From positions 3,369 to 67,368 of the forward strand of contig CAVXSN010000019.1 of the NCBI GenBank assembly GCA_963764455.1: a stretch of 64,000 bases of DNA, read 5' to 3'. Positions 1 to 8,714 of this stretch are shown here, piece by piece. Positions within the stretch are counted from its first letter, which is position 1; each line of letters starts with the position of its first letter. The position numbers and the translations under genes were made by a program. The stretch comes from Ilumatobacteraceae bacterium. GTDB lineage: Bacteria > Actinomycetota > Acidimicrobiia > Acidimicrobiales > Ilumatobacteraceae. Under the pieces are notes generated by a model. It ran no database searches, was not told the DNA's origin, and was given only the letters and a program-made list of their open reading frames with translations.

Positions 1-340
1 GACCGTGGAGATCGACGAGATCGGTCGCCGCGGCGGCGAGCGCGGCGACGGTGACCGGCCGCCCGTCGATGTACGCGCGGGAACGGCCGGCAGCGGGAAT
101 GACCCTGGTCAGCACGACTTCGGCCTCGCCGGTGACGAAACGTGCATCGATGCGCGCCTCGTCTGCGCCGGCTCGCACGATCGACGGTTCGGCCCGCCCG
201 CCCACGACGAGCTCGAGCGCCTCGACGAGCATCGTCTTGCCGGCACCCGTCTCGCCCGTGATCGCCGTGAGACCGTCGCCGAGCACGAGCTCGACGCGCC
301 GAATCACGCCGAGAGCCTCAATGTGCAGCTCAGACAGCAT
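1..340 (-). CDS. recN: DNA repair protein RecN, N-terminal part (runs off window)
   Basis: Manual translation from ATG at 340: MLSELHIEALGVIRRVELVLGDGLTAITGETGAGKTMLVEALELVVGGRA...DLVDLHG. Walker A GETGAGKT; canonical position after nadK. Confidence 0.95.
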   Translation of the reverse strand, partial: MLSELHIEALGVIRRVELVLGDGLTAITGETGAGKTMLVEALELVVGGRAEPSIVRAGADEARIDARFVTGEAEVVLTRVIPAAGRSRAYIDGRPVTVAALAAAATDLVDLHG

Positions 341-347
341 CAGGGAG

Positions 348-389
348 CAGCACTAGCGATCCATGAGCCCGAACTTCGACTTCAAGATC
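348..389. repeat. att site, recN-side copy
   Basis: CAGCACTAGCGATCCATGAGCCCGAACTTCGACTTCA (37 bp) identical to 5693-5729, then one mismatch and GATC. Confidence 0.92.
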
Positions 390-412
390 GGAAGGGTGTA
401 CATAGTGCCTGG

Positions 413-1497
413 TCAGAGCGCTTTCAGCGTAGTCGGAGTCCTCAATCCGTCCTCAGCATTCCACGCGATGTCGATCGCGCCGCGGATTCGGTCCTCGTCG
501 GATGGCATGAGGTGACCGTACATGTCGAGCGTGACCGATGCCTTGGCGTGCCCGAGGGCGCGCTGCACGGCGACGATCGAGCAACCGGCGGAGATCAGCG
601 AACTGGCGTAGTGATGACGGAGGTCGTGAAGCCGGCTGTCGAGCCCGGCTTGACGGGTCGTGATCTCCCACCGCCAGTCGGTGCGGTTCGAGTTGAGTGG
701 TCGGCCCTCGGCGTGCACCAGCACGCCGTGTTCGCCGGTGCCGTGTTCGCGGACGTGCTCGGCGAGCGCTTCTAGCACTCGGTCGCTGGCCGGCACCATT
801 CGGTTCGACGCCCTCGACTTGAGCGGTTCGAAGCGGTCGAGCTTGCCGTGCCACTGGCGATCGACCTTGACCTCGCGCCGCAACCAGTCGATCCGGTCCT
901 CGCTGAGCCCGGCGATCTCACCGGCCCGAAGGCCAAGACCGGCGCCGATCACGACCGCCACGGCGAAGTCGTCGGGAGCCGATGCTCGCAGACGTTGCAC
1001 GTCGTCGACGGTCGGCACGACGGTCTCCGTGCCGTCATGCTGCGGCAGCTTCACTCGTGGTGTCGGATCGCGGCCGATCACACCGTCGAGGTGCGCCGCC
1101 CTGATCGCGCTGCGCACGTACTGCCAGATCGATTGCACGGTGCGAGGTTCGAGCTGCAGTGCCGTCACAAACGCCTGTCAGGTCGCTCGTGCGCACCCGG
1201 CCGATCGGCTGGTCACCGAAAGTGCCGGCGGACGTGTTCGAGGGCGTAGCGGGCGTTCACAACCGTGTTGTGACGGTATGGCTGCTGGGCGATGTGGTCC
1301 GCCATCGCCTCGGCGAGTGAGACGTCGCCGAGCGTCGGGTCAACGTACACGCCACGCTGTAGGTCGGCCCCGACATTGGTCATGAACGGCACGCCGTCAC
1401 GCTTCATCTTAAAGTTCTTCGCTGTCTGCGGCCCGCCCGGGCGTTCCCGCCAGCGGACCTGCCAGTTCCCGTTCGGCAGCTTGCGAATCGATGCCAT
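413..1497 (-). CDS. Tyrosine recombinase/integrase (split by indels near 1170-1215)
   Basis: N-term MASIRKLPNGNWQVRWRE (arm-binding-like); catalytic motifs GLRAGE, LHDLRHHYAS, LGHA...TLDMYGHL; ORFs 1213-1710 and 413-1168 join. Confidence 0.93.
433..456. repeat. Putative integrase arm-type site (tandem GTCCTCA)
   Basis: TCGGAGTCCTCAATCCGTCCTCAG, 22/24 identical to 5568-5591. Confidence 0.7.
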
Positions 1498-1730
1498 CAG
1501 CGACTCCCTGCCTCGATGAGTCCCGCCTCGCGAGCGAGCCTGATGAGTCGGTACGCCTGGCTGCGGCTGACGTACAGAGCGGCCCTCGACGGTGTACACG
1601 CCGCCGGCCGCGAAGTGATTGTTGCGCACGACGCGTGTCAAGCGCCCGCCTCGGCCGCCGCTGAGACGGGCGCTGACGGGTACGCGTGATCTCCGTGTCC
1701 CGGAGGCCACCGCACCTCCCTGTCACGGCA
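1496..1730 (-). CDS. Small HTH-like protein coupled to integrase (frameshifted; start uncertain)
   Basis: After one indel reads ...VEAALYVSRSQAYRLIRLAREAGLIEAGSR*; stop overlaps the int ATG (TGATG). Confidence 0.45.
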
Positions 1731-2586
1731 GCCTAATCACGCTGGTTGACTGGGTGGCGGGTCGAACCGGTGCCGCCGCGTGGGGGTCCGCCGCCCCATT
1801 GCACGACGGCACCGGTTCCCCACTCCTTACGTTCGGGATGTGCTCCACGACGAGCGGGGGTCATCGCTACTGCTGGTCGCCGCCCACAACCGCCGCGGAA
1901 GGGGCAGCGACCGATGGCGATGTTACGCCTGTCGCCGCCGCCGCTGGGATCGCTCCGAGTATTAAACTCGCCCCGAAACTCGGGTTGCCGTTCCCGATGG
2001 AGCCTCGCCCATTCCGTGAGTGCGTAGTGGCGTGTGTACCAGGCGGCGCCGCCTCGATCATTCGATTGACGTAACGGCGACCCCCACCGTTCCTGGCAAT
2101 AGACCTCGAATGTGTCGTAGTCGGTGTGCCAGCGGTGTTTGAAGTGAGCCACAGACCGACCCGTTCAACGGGTCGGGCGGACCCGGAGCAGCCTGCGGTT
2201 CCGCCGCACACAGACCGCCGTTAGGGTCCGCCGACCCTGATGTCATCTAAGCACATCCCGGAAGAGCGTGCGCCGATTTCGCGGCCTACAAGCGGGCAGC
2301 CCCGCCGGACTCATCGAGAGAGGCAGGGCTGCCCGCTCTGGACGCCCGGCGGAATAGGCGGTTCCGATCTCCATTGTGCCCGATGGCGGCAGTGAGCGCA
2401 CCATCCGTTCGGCTGATTGGGACGAGAGCCGCCCGGGTACCGATTCGCAGCGGTGGGCCGGGGCAGGGATATCGGAACCGTTCCCGGCCCACCGCCCCAG
2501 GCGGAGCCGTGTCACGCCATCCCCAGCCGACCTCGCCGCGAGCTCGTCGTCGACGATGCCACCGGACAAATTAGGGTGCGAGGGCG

Positions 2587-2981
2587 ATGAGCACCGGACG
2601 TCGTCGCCTCGTCGCGGTCGACGACGAAGCGGTGATCGCCGACTACGAAGTCGGTGTGACAATCGCGGCGATCTGCGAGAGGTATCAGATTCCGGTGCTT
2701 CGGCTGTACCGAGTCCTCAACGAGCACCAGATCGCTCGCCGCCGACCGCAGGCTCCGCGGCTCGCGCCGTCGAGGGAGCGACAGATTCTCGCCGACTATG
2801 CGGCCGGCGTCACGGTGAGGACGATCTACCGGACGCATCAAATCTCGTCGGCCGCGATGTACCAGATCCTCAGACCGGTACCGCGTCTTCCGAAGCGTCG
2901 GCTGCAGTGCGCCGACGGCTGCCCGCCCCGACCACGCGACTGGTTCTCGCTGACTATGCCGCCGGGGTGGCTAGTCCCTGA
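2587..2981 (+). CDS. Protein with tandem HTH-like repeats (ADYxxGV...Y.IL)
   Basis: ADYEVGVTIAAICERYQI..LYRVL; ADYAAGVTVRTIYRTHQISSAAMYQIL; third VLADYAAGV in a shifted frame. Confidence 0.6.
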
Positions 2982-3019
2982 GTTGCGAACGGCTGTTCGA
3001 CTCTGCAACGATCAGTCCT

Positions 3020-3226
3020 GTGGTGCTGTCGGCGGCCGACCTCGAGTCGATGCGCCGCTCCGCGGCGATGGCACCGCTGTCGACGAACGCCGTGCTCGAG
3101 CTGCTCGCGACGTGTCAGCAGCTCACCAGGGAACGCCAGGAAATCGCCTCCGTGCTCGCCGATCTGCCCGACTCGGTCGCGGCGCTACGTGAGGCGCTGA
3201 ATCGACTCCACCGGATCGTTCGGTAG
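3020..3226 (+). CDS. Hypothetical small helical/coiled-coil protein
   Basis: 68-aa ORF with amphipathic heptad pattern. Confidence 0.5.
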   Translation: MVLSAADLESMRRSAAMAPLSTNAVLELLATCQQLTRERQEIASVLADLPDSVAALREALNRLHRIVR

Positions 3227-3311
3227 GACACCGATCGGCAGTTATGGCGCTGATCTCGAATCGCCGCGAGGACTTTGGAACCTTTGGCGGTGTTGGTGGG
3301 TCGATAATGAT

Positions 3312-3890
3312 GTGGGGATCAGCACCGAGGCTGCGGCTGCTCAGCGACCGTCGATCACGTTCGACGACTTCTACTCCGATGTGTGGCCGCGGGCGTTCCG
3401 TCTGGGGTCGTTTCTGACCCACGACACGCAAGCGGGAGAGGACATCGCCCAGGAGGTCCTGGCTGCGTATGTCTCGCGAAGCGCTGGGCCGTAGGTTGAC
3501 GGCCGGAGGAGCGACTATCCGGCCGATCTCGCGGTGTGGCTCGTAAGAGGAACGGCATAGGCACCTATCGTGCAGCGTGCGATTACCAACGCCAGTATGG
3601 AAGTGGATCCGTCAAGCTCGCACCGCCACGCTCAAGGCTCCCGCTGCGCGGTCGCCGCGCCCAGCGGTGACGACTTCCGGGTCGAGTGCCGACGGCATCA
3701 ACGCGCCCGGTTGTTGGCGCGGGCGTCAGGTTCGTGCTGCGCTACTGGGCCGATCACGGAGAACCGACATGGGTGCGCTGCTCGCTCAGCAGCTCGTCGC
3801 CGCCCCGAGCACGTGGTTGAAGTGCCACCGAAGTTGGCGTCTCGGGTGCGGCTGCGCGAGCGCTGCGGATCGACAAGACGACTCAAACGA
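3312..3890 (+). pseudogene. ECF (SigE-family) sigma factor, heavily disrupted
   Basis: Fragments FDDFYSDVWPRAFRLGSFLTHDTQAGEDIAQEVL (region 2), QRAITNA and VLRYWAD (region 4) in different frames with stops. Confidence 0.6.
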
Positions 3891-4781
3891 TGCGCTCCGC
3901 GGCGATCGAAGCTGGCAACCAGCTTGAAGGACGACGTGATGAACACCGGGCCGTGCTCCGCAGCCAGGCGAACGCGATAGCAGGTCCCGGAACCGCACCG
4001 CAGGCGCGAGTCCAGACCGTGAGACTGCATCGAGGTCTGCAACGCAGCCCCACGCAACCCAAGGGCCGCAACCTCTGGCCAATCGACGGCCGTCGCCGCG
4101 GCGGGTCGTGCCGGTACGTCAGCTCGTCGACGTGATCCTCGTGCTCGACGCGGCGCGGACCGAACCCGCGAGGCATCGCCACGGCCGATCAACCCGCCGC
4201 TCAACCCGCCACCGTGGCCGAGCCACCTGATCGGCAGTTCACCGCGGCGATCATCACTTTCGAGGGCGGGGACACTCCGACCAGACCGAGGAGCAGGTTG
4301 ACCTGCCCGACGGCGAGACGACCATCGAAGCGGCATAACCGAAAACGGCAGGTTGATGGTGACAGACGTTGAACCACGCGATCCACATGCCCGACGGCAC
4401 CGGTCGGCCACGCACACCGGGCGAGTCAACGACGTCGATACAGCGAGGGAAGATCCGAGGGAGCGATGCGCGCCTCAAGCGACTCATCGGCGACGCCGTG
4501 GACCCCGCGCATCGACGAACGCCGACGGCGCCTGGCAGGGATCGCACCAATCGATCGACTTTCCGGACGGCCAGGTGAGTGGGGGGTCCGCAGGGCTGTA
4601 CGTGAATCGGGGAGGGCGCCAACGAGGGACTCAGGCATTCACGGCTCCTCGGAAGAGTCCACTCCCGGTCGTGATGACACTGCGAACTGCCCGAACATCA
4701 GGGGCTACATCACCCCGAGCGCGGTAATGCCCGATCAGGAGCGCCAAGATGCCCTCCGATCGGCACGTATCGCGTTGAATT

Positions 4782-5501
4782 TCATGGGGTGGTTCGGTCG
4801 CCGCGGACGAGCCACTCTGCGACCTTGGCGGTGACGACCGCGAACGTTGATATTCCGACGACCATGGTGACGCCGCCGACGACCCGCCCCGCCGTGGTTA
4901 TCGGAAACACGTCGCCATAACCAACGGTCGTTATCGTCGCTGTCGACCACCAGAGCGCATCGAAGAACGAACCGTGTCGGCCACCGACGCCGACGTCTTC
5001 GGCCAGCGTGAACGCGGCTGCCGCGGTGAGCCACGTCATCCCCGCCGCTCCAAGCGCGATACGCCCGGCGTTGCGCCGAAGGTAGGTGCGGCTCTCGGCT
5101 GCGGCCGCGCCGCCGATTGCCGCGAGACGGGCGAGCGCGGCGGCGGCGCGGAGCCCGCGCACACCTCGCAGCGCCCGCAGCAAGCCGAACGGTCCCAAGT
5201 ACGGGAGGATGGCGATTGCCTGAGTGACGACGATGACGAGCGAAGTCCATTCGTGGCGTGCGTAGGCACGTCGATTCGAGGCGAGAGCCAGCTCGACGAA
5301 GTAGTCCACGGCAAAGGCGATCAGCACGATGACATTCACGGTGTCGATCAGCCGCCGGTCGACCGTGGGCAACTCCTCGCGCTTGATCTCCACCAACAAG
5401 AACGGCAAGGTGCGGATTGCCAACACGAGCAGCACACCGTCCGTTCGTGCTCGCCAGCGTGTTAGGCGCGGGGTCAAGTACTCGGGCTCTTGCTCCACCA
5501 C
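4782..5501 (-). CDS. Potassium channel, voltage-gated-like (Kv) family
   Basis: Selectivity filter WWSTATITTVGYGD; S4-like LLRALRGVRGLR; several TM helices; intact ORF. Confidence 0.93.
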   Translation of the reverse strand: MVEQEPEYLTPRLTRWRARTDGVLLVLAIRTLPFLLVEIKREELPTVDRRLIDTVNVIVLIAFAVDYFVELALASNRRAYARHEWTSLVIVVTQAIAILPYLGPFGLLRALRGVRGLRAAAALARLAAIGGAAAAESRTYLRRNAGRIALGAAGMTWLTAAAAFTLAEDVGVGGRHGSFFDALWWSTATITTVGYGDVFPITTAGRVVGGVTMVVGISTFAVVTAKVAEWLVRGDRTTP

Positions 5502-5567
5502 GGAACGGACGCTATGTCCAGGCCCACGATCGACGAGGGATGGTCCGCCGGCCGATGGCGGTCGTCA

Positions 5568-5591
5568 TCGGAGTCCTCAGTCAGTCCTCAG
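5568..5591. repeat. Putative integrase arm-type site (tandem GTCCTCA)
   Basis: TCGGAGTCCTCAGTCAGTCCTCAG, about 100 bp inside the nadK-side att repeat. Confidence 0.7.
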
Positions 5592-5692
5592 TAGCGGTTG
5601 TCACGCCTTGCGACGGTTGGCGACGGTTGGTGACGAAATCGGTGCATCGCGCCTGCTCAGCTTGGACATCCACCCTCGCGCCGCAGGTCAGC

Positions 5693-5734
5693 CAGCACTA
5701 GCGATCCATGAGCCCGAACTTCGACTTCAGGATC
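5693..5734. repeat. att site, nadK-side copy (restores nadK C-terminus and stop)
   Basis: Encodes ILKSKFGLMDR* on the minus strand; matches 348-389. Confidence 0.92.
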
Positions 5735-6558
5735 TGGTGGTAGCGGTACGGCCCGAAGCGAACGAAGCGGGCCGTCTCCTCGGCCGGTCGGCAGCGCACG
5801 GTGTCGCCGGGATCGATCGTCATCACGAGTTGACCGTCGACGGCAACCTCCGCCCGCCGGTGCCCGGCGACCTCGATCTCGACCGTCTCGGTTGGGTCGA
5901 GCACGAGGGTGCGGTCGAACAGCATGTGTGGCGACACGGGTGTCAGCAGCAACGCGCGGTGCCGAGGCGACACCACAGGGCCACGGGCTGACAGTGAGTA
6001 CGCGGTCGACCCGGTCGGCGTCGAAACGATCAGACCATCGGCGAGATAGCTCGTGAACGGCTCGCCGTCGATCCGAGCGAGCAGGCGTACCGTGTGCCCG
6101 GACTCGTGCTTCTCGACGACCACTTCGTTGAGGGCGCGCCACCGCCCGAGCGCCTCGCTGCCGCGGTGGGCCTCGATGTGCAGCATCAGCCGTACATCGA
6201 GGTGCCACTCCCCGACGCGCTCACCGAGGGTGAAGCGTTCGAGCGCATCGGTGACGTCGGCCGGTTCGATCTCGGTGAGGTAGCCGAGTTGGCCGAGGTT
6301 CACGCCGAGCAGCGGCACCGCGGCTCCCTCGAGCGCACCGACGGCTCGCAGCATCGTGCCGTCGCCGCCGAGGCAGAGCACGACATCGGCGTCGCTGAGC
6401 GGCCGCTCGCCGACATGGTGATGGAGCCCCAGCTCGGCGCCGTCGTCGGGGAGCAGCCATCCCTCGTGGTCGTGCTTGACGATCCACGTCATCGTCTCCT
6501 CGATGATGTCGACGACGTCTGGGCGCTCGTAGTGAGCGCAGATGGCGATCCTCGTCAC
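5698..6558 (-). CDS. nadK: NAD(+)/NADH kinase
   Basis: LGGDGTML, GVNLGQLGYL, ALNE, DGLIVSTPTGSTAYSLSA motifs; GTG start overlaps tlyA stop. Confidence 0.96.
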   Translation of the reverse strand: MTRIAICAHYERPDVVDIIEETMTWIVKHDHEGWLLPDDGAELGLHHHVGERPLSDADVVLCLGGDGTMLRAVGALEGAAVPLLGVNLGQLGYLTEIEPADVTDALERFTLGERVGEWHLDVRLMLHIEAHRGSEALGRWRALNEVVVEKHESGHTVRLLARIDGEPFTSYLADGLIVSTPTGSTAYSLSARGPVVSPRHRALLLTPVSPHMLFDRTLVLDPTETVEIEVAGHRRAEVAVDGQLVMTIDPGDTVRCRPAEETARFVRFGPYRYHQILKSKFGLMDR

Positions 6559-7310
6559 GGCGTCCGCGCCTCGCTCGTGCGTGCGTACACCAGGAGCTCC
6601 TTGTTGCCCTCGCCTCCGAGGATCGGGGAGTCCGTCCATCCCCGAACGTCGCATCCCGCGTGTCGGAGCGCCGCGTCGATCTCGCTCCTGACCCGGTCGT
6701 GAATGGCCGGATCGGTGACGATGCCGCGGCCGCGGCCGACCTCCGCCTTGCCCGCTTCGAACTGTGGCTTCACCAGCAGGACCATCGCACCCCCAGGCTT
6801 GCACAACGCGGTGAGCGGCGGGATGACCGTTCTGAGCGAGATGAACGAAACGTCGGCGACTGCCGCATCGACCGGACCACCGATCGTCTCGACGGTCGTG
6901 TGGCGGATGTTCGTGCGCTCCAGGACCACGACCCGCGGATCGTCGCGCAACCTCGGGTGCAGTTGGCCGTGACCGACGTCGAGGGCGACGACCTCGGTCG
7001 CATCGCGCGAGAGCAGGCAGTCGGTGAAGCCTCCCGTCGATGCGCCGCAGTCGAGAACGCGCCATCCGGAGACGTCGATGCCGAAATGCTCCAGCGCGCG
7101 GTCGAGCTTCTCGCCGCCGCGACCGACGAAGCGGGCGGGCGGACCGATGACGACGATGTTGTCGCCGGGCGCCACGAGTCGCCCCGCCTTGTCGGCAACC
7201 GCTCCGTTGACGAGGACGCGCCCGTCAGCGATGAGCGCCTGGGCCTGGCCGCGTGCCGGCGTGAGGCTCCGGCGAACGAGTTCGGCGTCGAGGCGCCTCC
7301 TGGCGGCCAT
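6555..7310 (-). CDS. tlyA: TlyA-family rRNA 2'-O-methyltransferase
   Basis: MAARRRLDAELVRR S4 domain; RGGEKL, LDCGASTGGFTDCLL, DVSFISL, LVKPQFEAG, GNKE. Confidence 0.95.
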   Translation of the reverse strand: MAARRRLDAELVRRSLTPARGQAQALIADGRVLVNGAVADKAGRLVAPGDNIVVIGPPARFVGRGGEKLDRALEHFGIDVSGWRVLDCGASTGGFTDCLLSRDATEVVALDVGHGQLHPRLRDDPRVVVLERTNIRHTTVETIGGPVDAAVADVSFISLRTVIPPLTALCKPGGAMVLLVKPQFEAGKAEVGRGRGIVTDPAIHDRVRSEIDAALRHAGCDVRGWTDSPILGGEGNKELLVYARTSEARTP

Positions 7311-7323
7311 CGACGAGTCGGGG

Positions 7324-7827
7324 TCAGCCGGAGGCGGAAGCCTTGCGGGCCCCGGTCGCCTTCTTGGCGGTCGCCTTCTTGGTCGCCTTCTTGGCGGTCG
7401 CCTTCTTGGCGGTCGCCTTCTTGGCGGTGGCCTTCTTGGCGGTCGCCTTCTTGGCCGGCGCCTTTCGAGCCGCGGCCTTCCGCGCCGCGGGTGCCTTCTT
7501 CGCCGGCGCGGAAGCGGCCGGCTTCGGGGCCCCGCCACCTCCGCCCGAGACCCGGCTCACGAGAGATTCGAGCTGGTCCTCGAGCTCGTCGACGCGATTG
7601 GCCAGCCAGCCGAACTGCTTGGTGACCTCGCTCTTGATCAGCTCGGCAATCTGTGCAGACGTCTCCTTGCCCCGCTCGATGAGGCTCTGGACCGTCTTGT
7701 CGGCCTCGGCGCCGCGGACCTCGCCGGTCTTCACCAGCTTCTTGACCAGCTTCTCGGCCTCCTTGCGCTGCACCTCCGTGAACTGCAGACCGGAGTCGAT
7801 CACGCTCTGAATCGGGTTTGTCGGCAT
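7324..7827 (-). CDS. Phasin/PhaF-like protein with histone H1-like AKKAT tail
   Basis: N-terminal AEKLVKKLVKTGEV...LIERG coiled coil; C-terminal (AKKAT)n. Confidence 0.7.
   Translation of the reverse strand: MPTNPIQSVIDSGLQFTEVQRKEAEKLVKKLVKTGEVRGAEADKTVQSLIERGKETSAQIAELIKSEVTKQFGWLANRVDELEDQLESLVSRVSGGGGGAPKPAASAPAKKAPAARKAAARKAPAKKATAKKATAKKATAKKATAKKATKKATAKKATGARKASASG
7354..7455. repeat. 15-bp coding tandem repeat (GGTCGCCTTCTTGGC)
   Basis: About 7 copies encoding AKKAT on the minus strand. Confidence 0.9.
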
Positions 7828-7879
7828 CCCGAGATGCTAGCGCCGCGCAAGCGCGCGAGCGCCGGGACCGCGACCGATG

Positions 7880-8673
7880 TCACGATTGTCCCGTCACAAT
7901 CGCCTCGGCGACCGCGGCGAGATCGGGCAGGTCGAATGACCGCTCGAACTCGACCGGCTCGCCGGGCGCCGTGTTGCCCGTGCGGACGAGCGCGAAGCGA
8001 CAGCCCAGTTCGGCGGCGAACCGACCGTCGGTGCTGATCATGTCGCCGATCATCAGCAGATCGGCGGTCGTCTCGCCGACAAGCTTGCGCACCGCGGCGG
8101 CCATCGGAGCGAACGGCTTGCCGGCGATGGCCGGAGCGCGGCCGGCGGCCGTCGCAACCGCGGCCACGATCGAGCCGCCGCCCGGCACCGGGCCGCCTGA
8201 CGTTGGGTACAGCGGGTCGTTGTTCGTCGCGATGAATCGGGCCCCGGCGCGAACGGCTGCGGTCGCGAGGGTCAGCCGGTGGTAGTCGAACTCGTGGTGC
8301 AACCCGACGATGACGGCATCGACGCCAGCCGCCACGCCGGCGCCGTCGTCACCGGCGATCGGATCACCGCCCGCGGCCTCCACCGCTTCCACGATCCCCG
8401 GCCCCCCGCACACGAGCACCCGTTCACCGCCGCGCGACGAGCGTCGCCGCCGCCATCGGCGAGGACACGACGTCACCGTCCGCTTCGATCTCGATTCTGG
8501 CCAGTGCGGCGACGTGCTCGGCGAGGCGCGGCCAGGACGAGTTCGTCACGAACACGACGCGGTGGCCGGCGCGGCGCAGACGCGCGACCGCGCTCGACCG
8601 AACCCGGAATCGGCTCGCCACTCAGCCACACCACGCCGTCGAGATCGCACAGCACGGTGGACGGCGGGTTCAC
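7880..8673 (-). CDS. HAD-IIA (NagD-like) hydrolase, frameshifted
   Basis: CDLDGVVW, FVTNSS, IATNNDP, GKP, MIGDMISTDG motifs over three ORFs. Confidence 0.88.
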
Positions 8674-8714
8674 GGCGGTGGACCGTAGTGGCTCGCTATG
8701 CCATCGTGTCGGGC

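Larger units (their letters stand above)
348..5734. mobile_element. Integrative element (tyrosine integrase) inserted in the 3' end of nadK
   Basis: Direct repeats at 348-389 and 5693-5734 duplicate the last nadK codons; integrase adjacent to one repeat; element interrupts the conserved nadK-recN adjacency. Confidence 0.9.
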
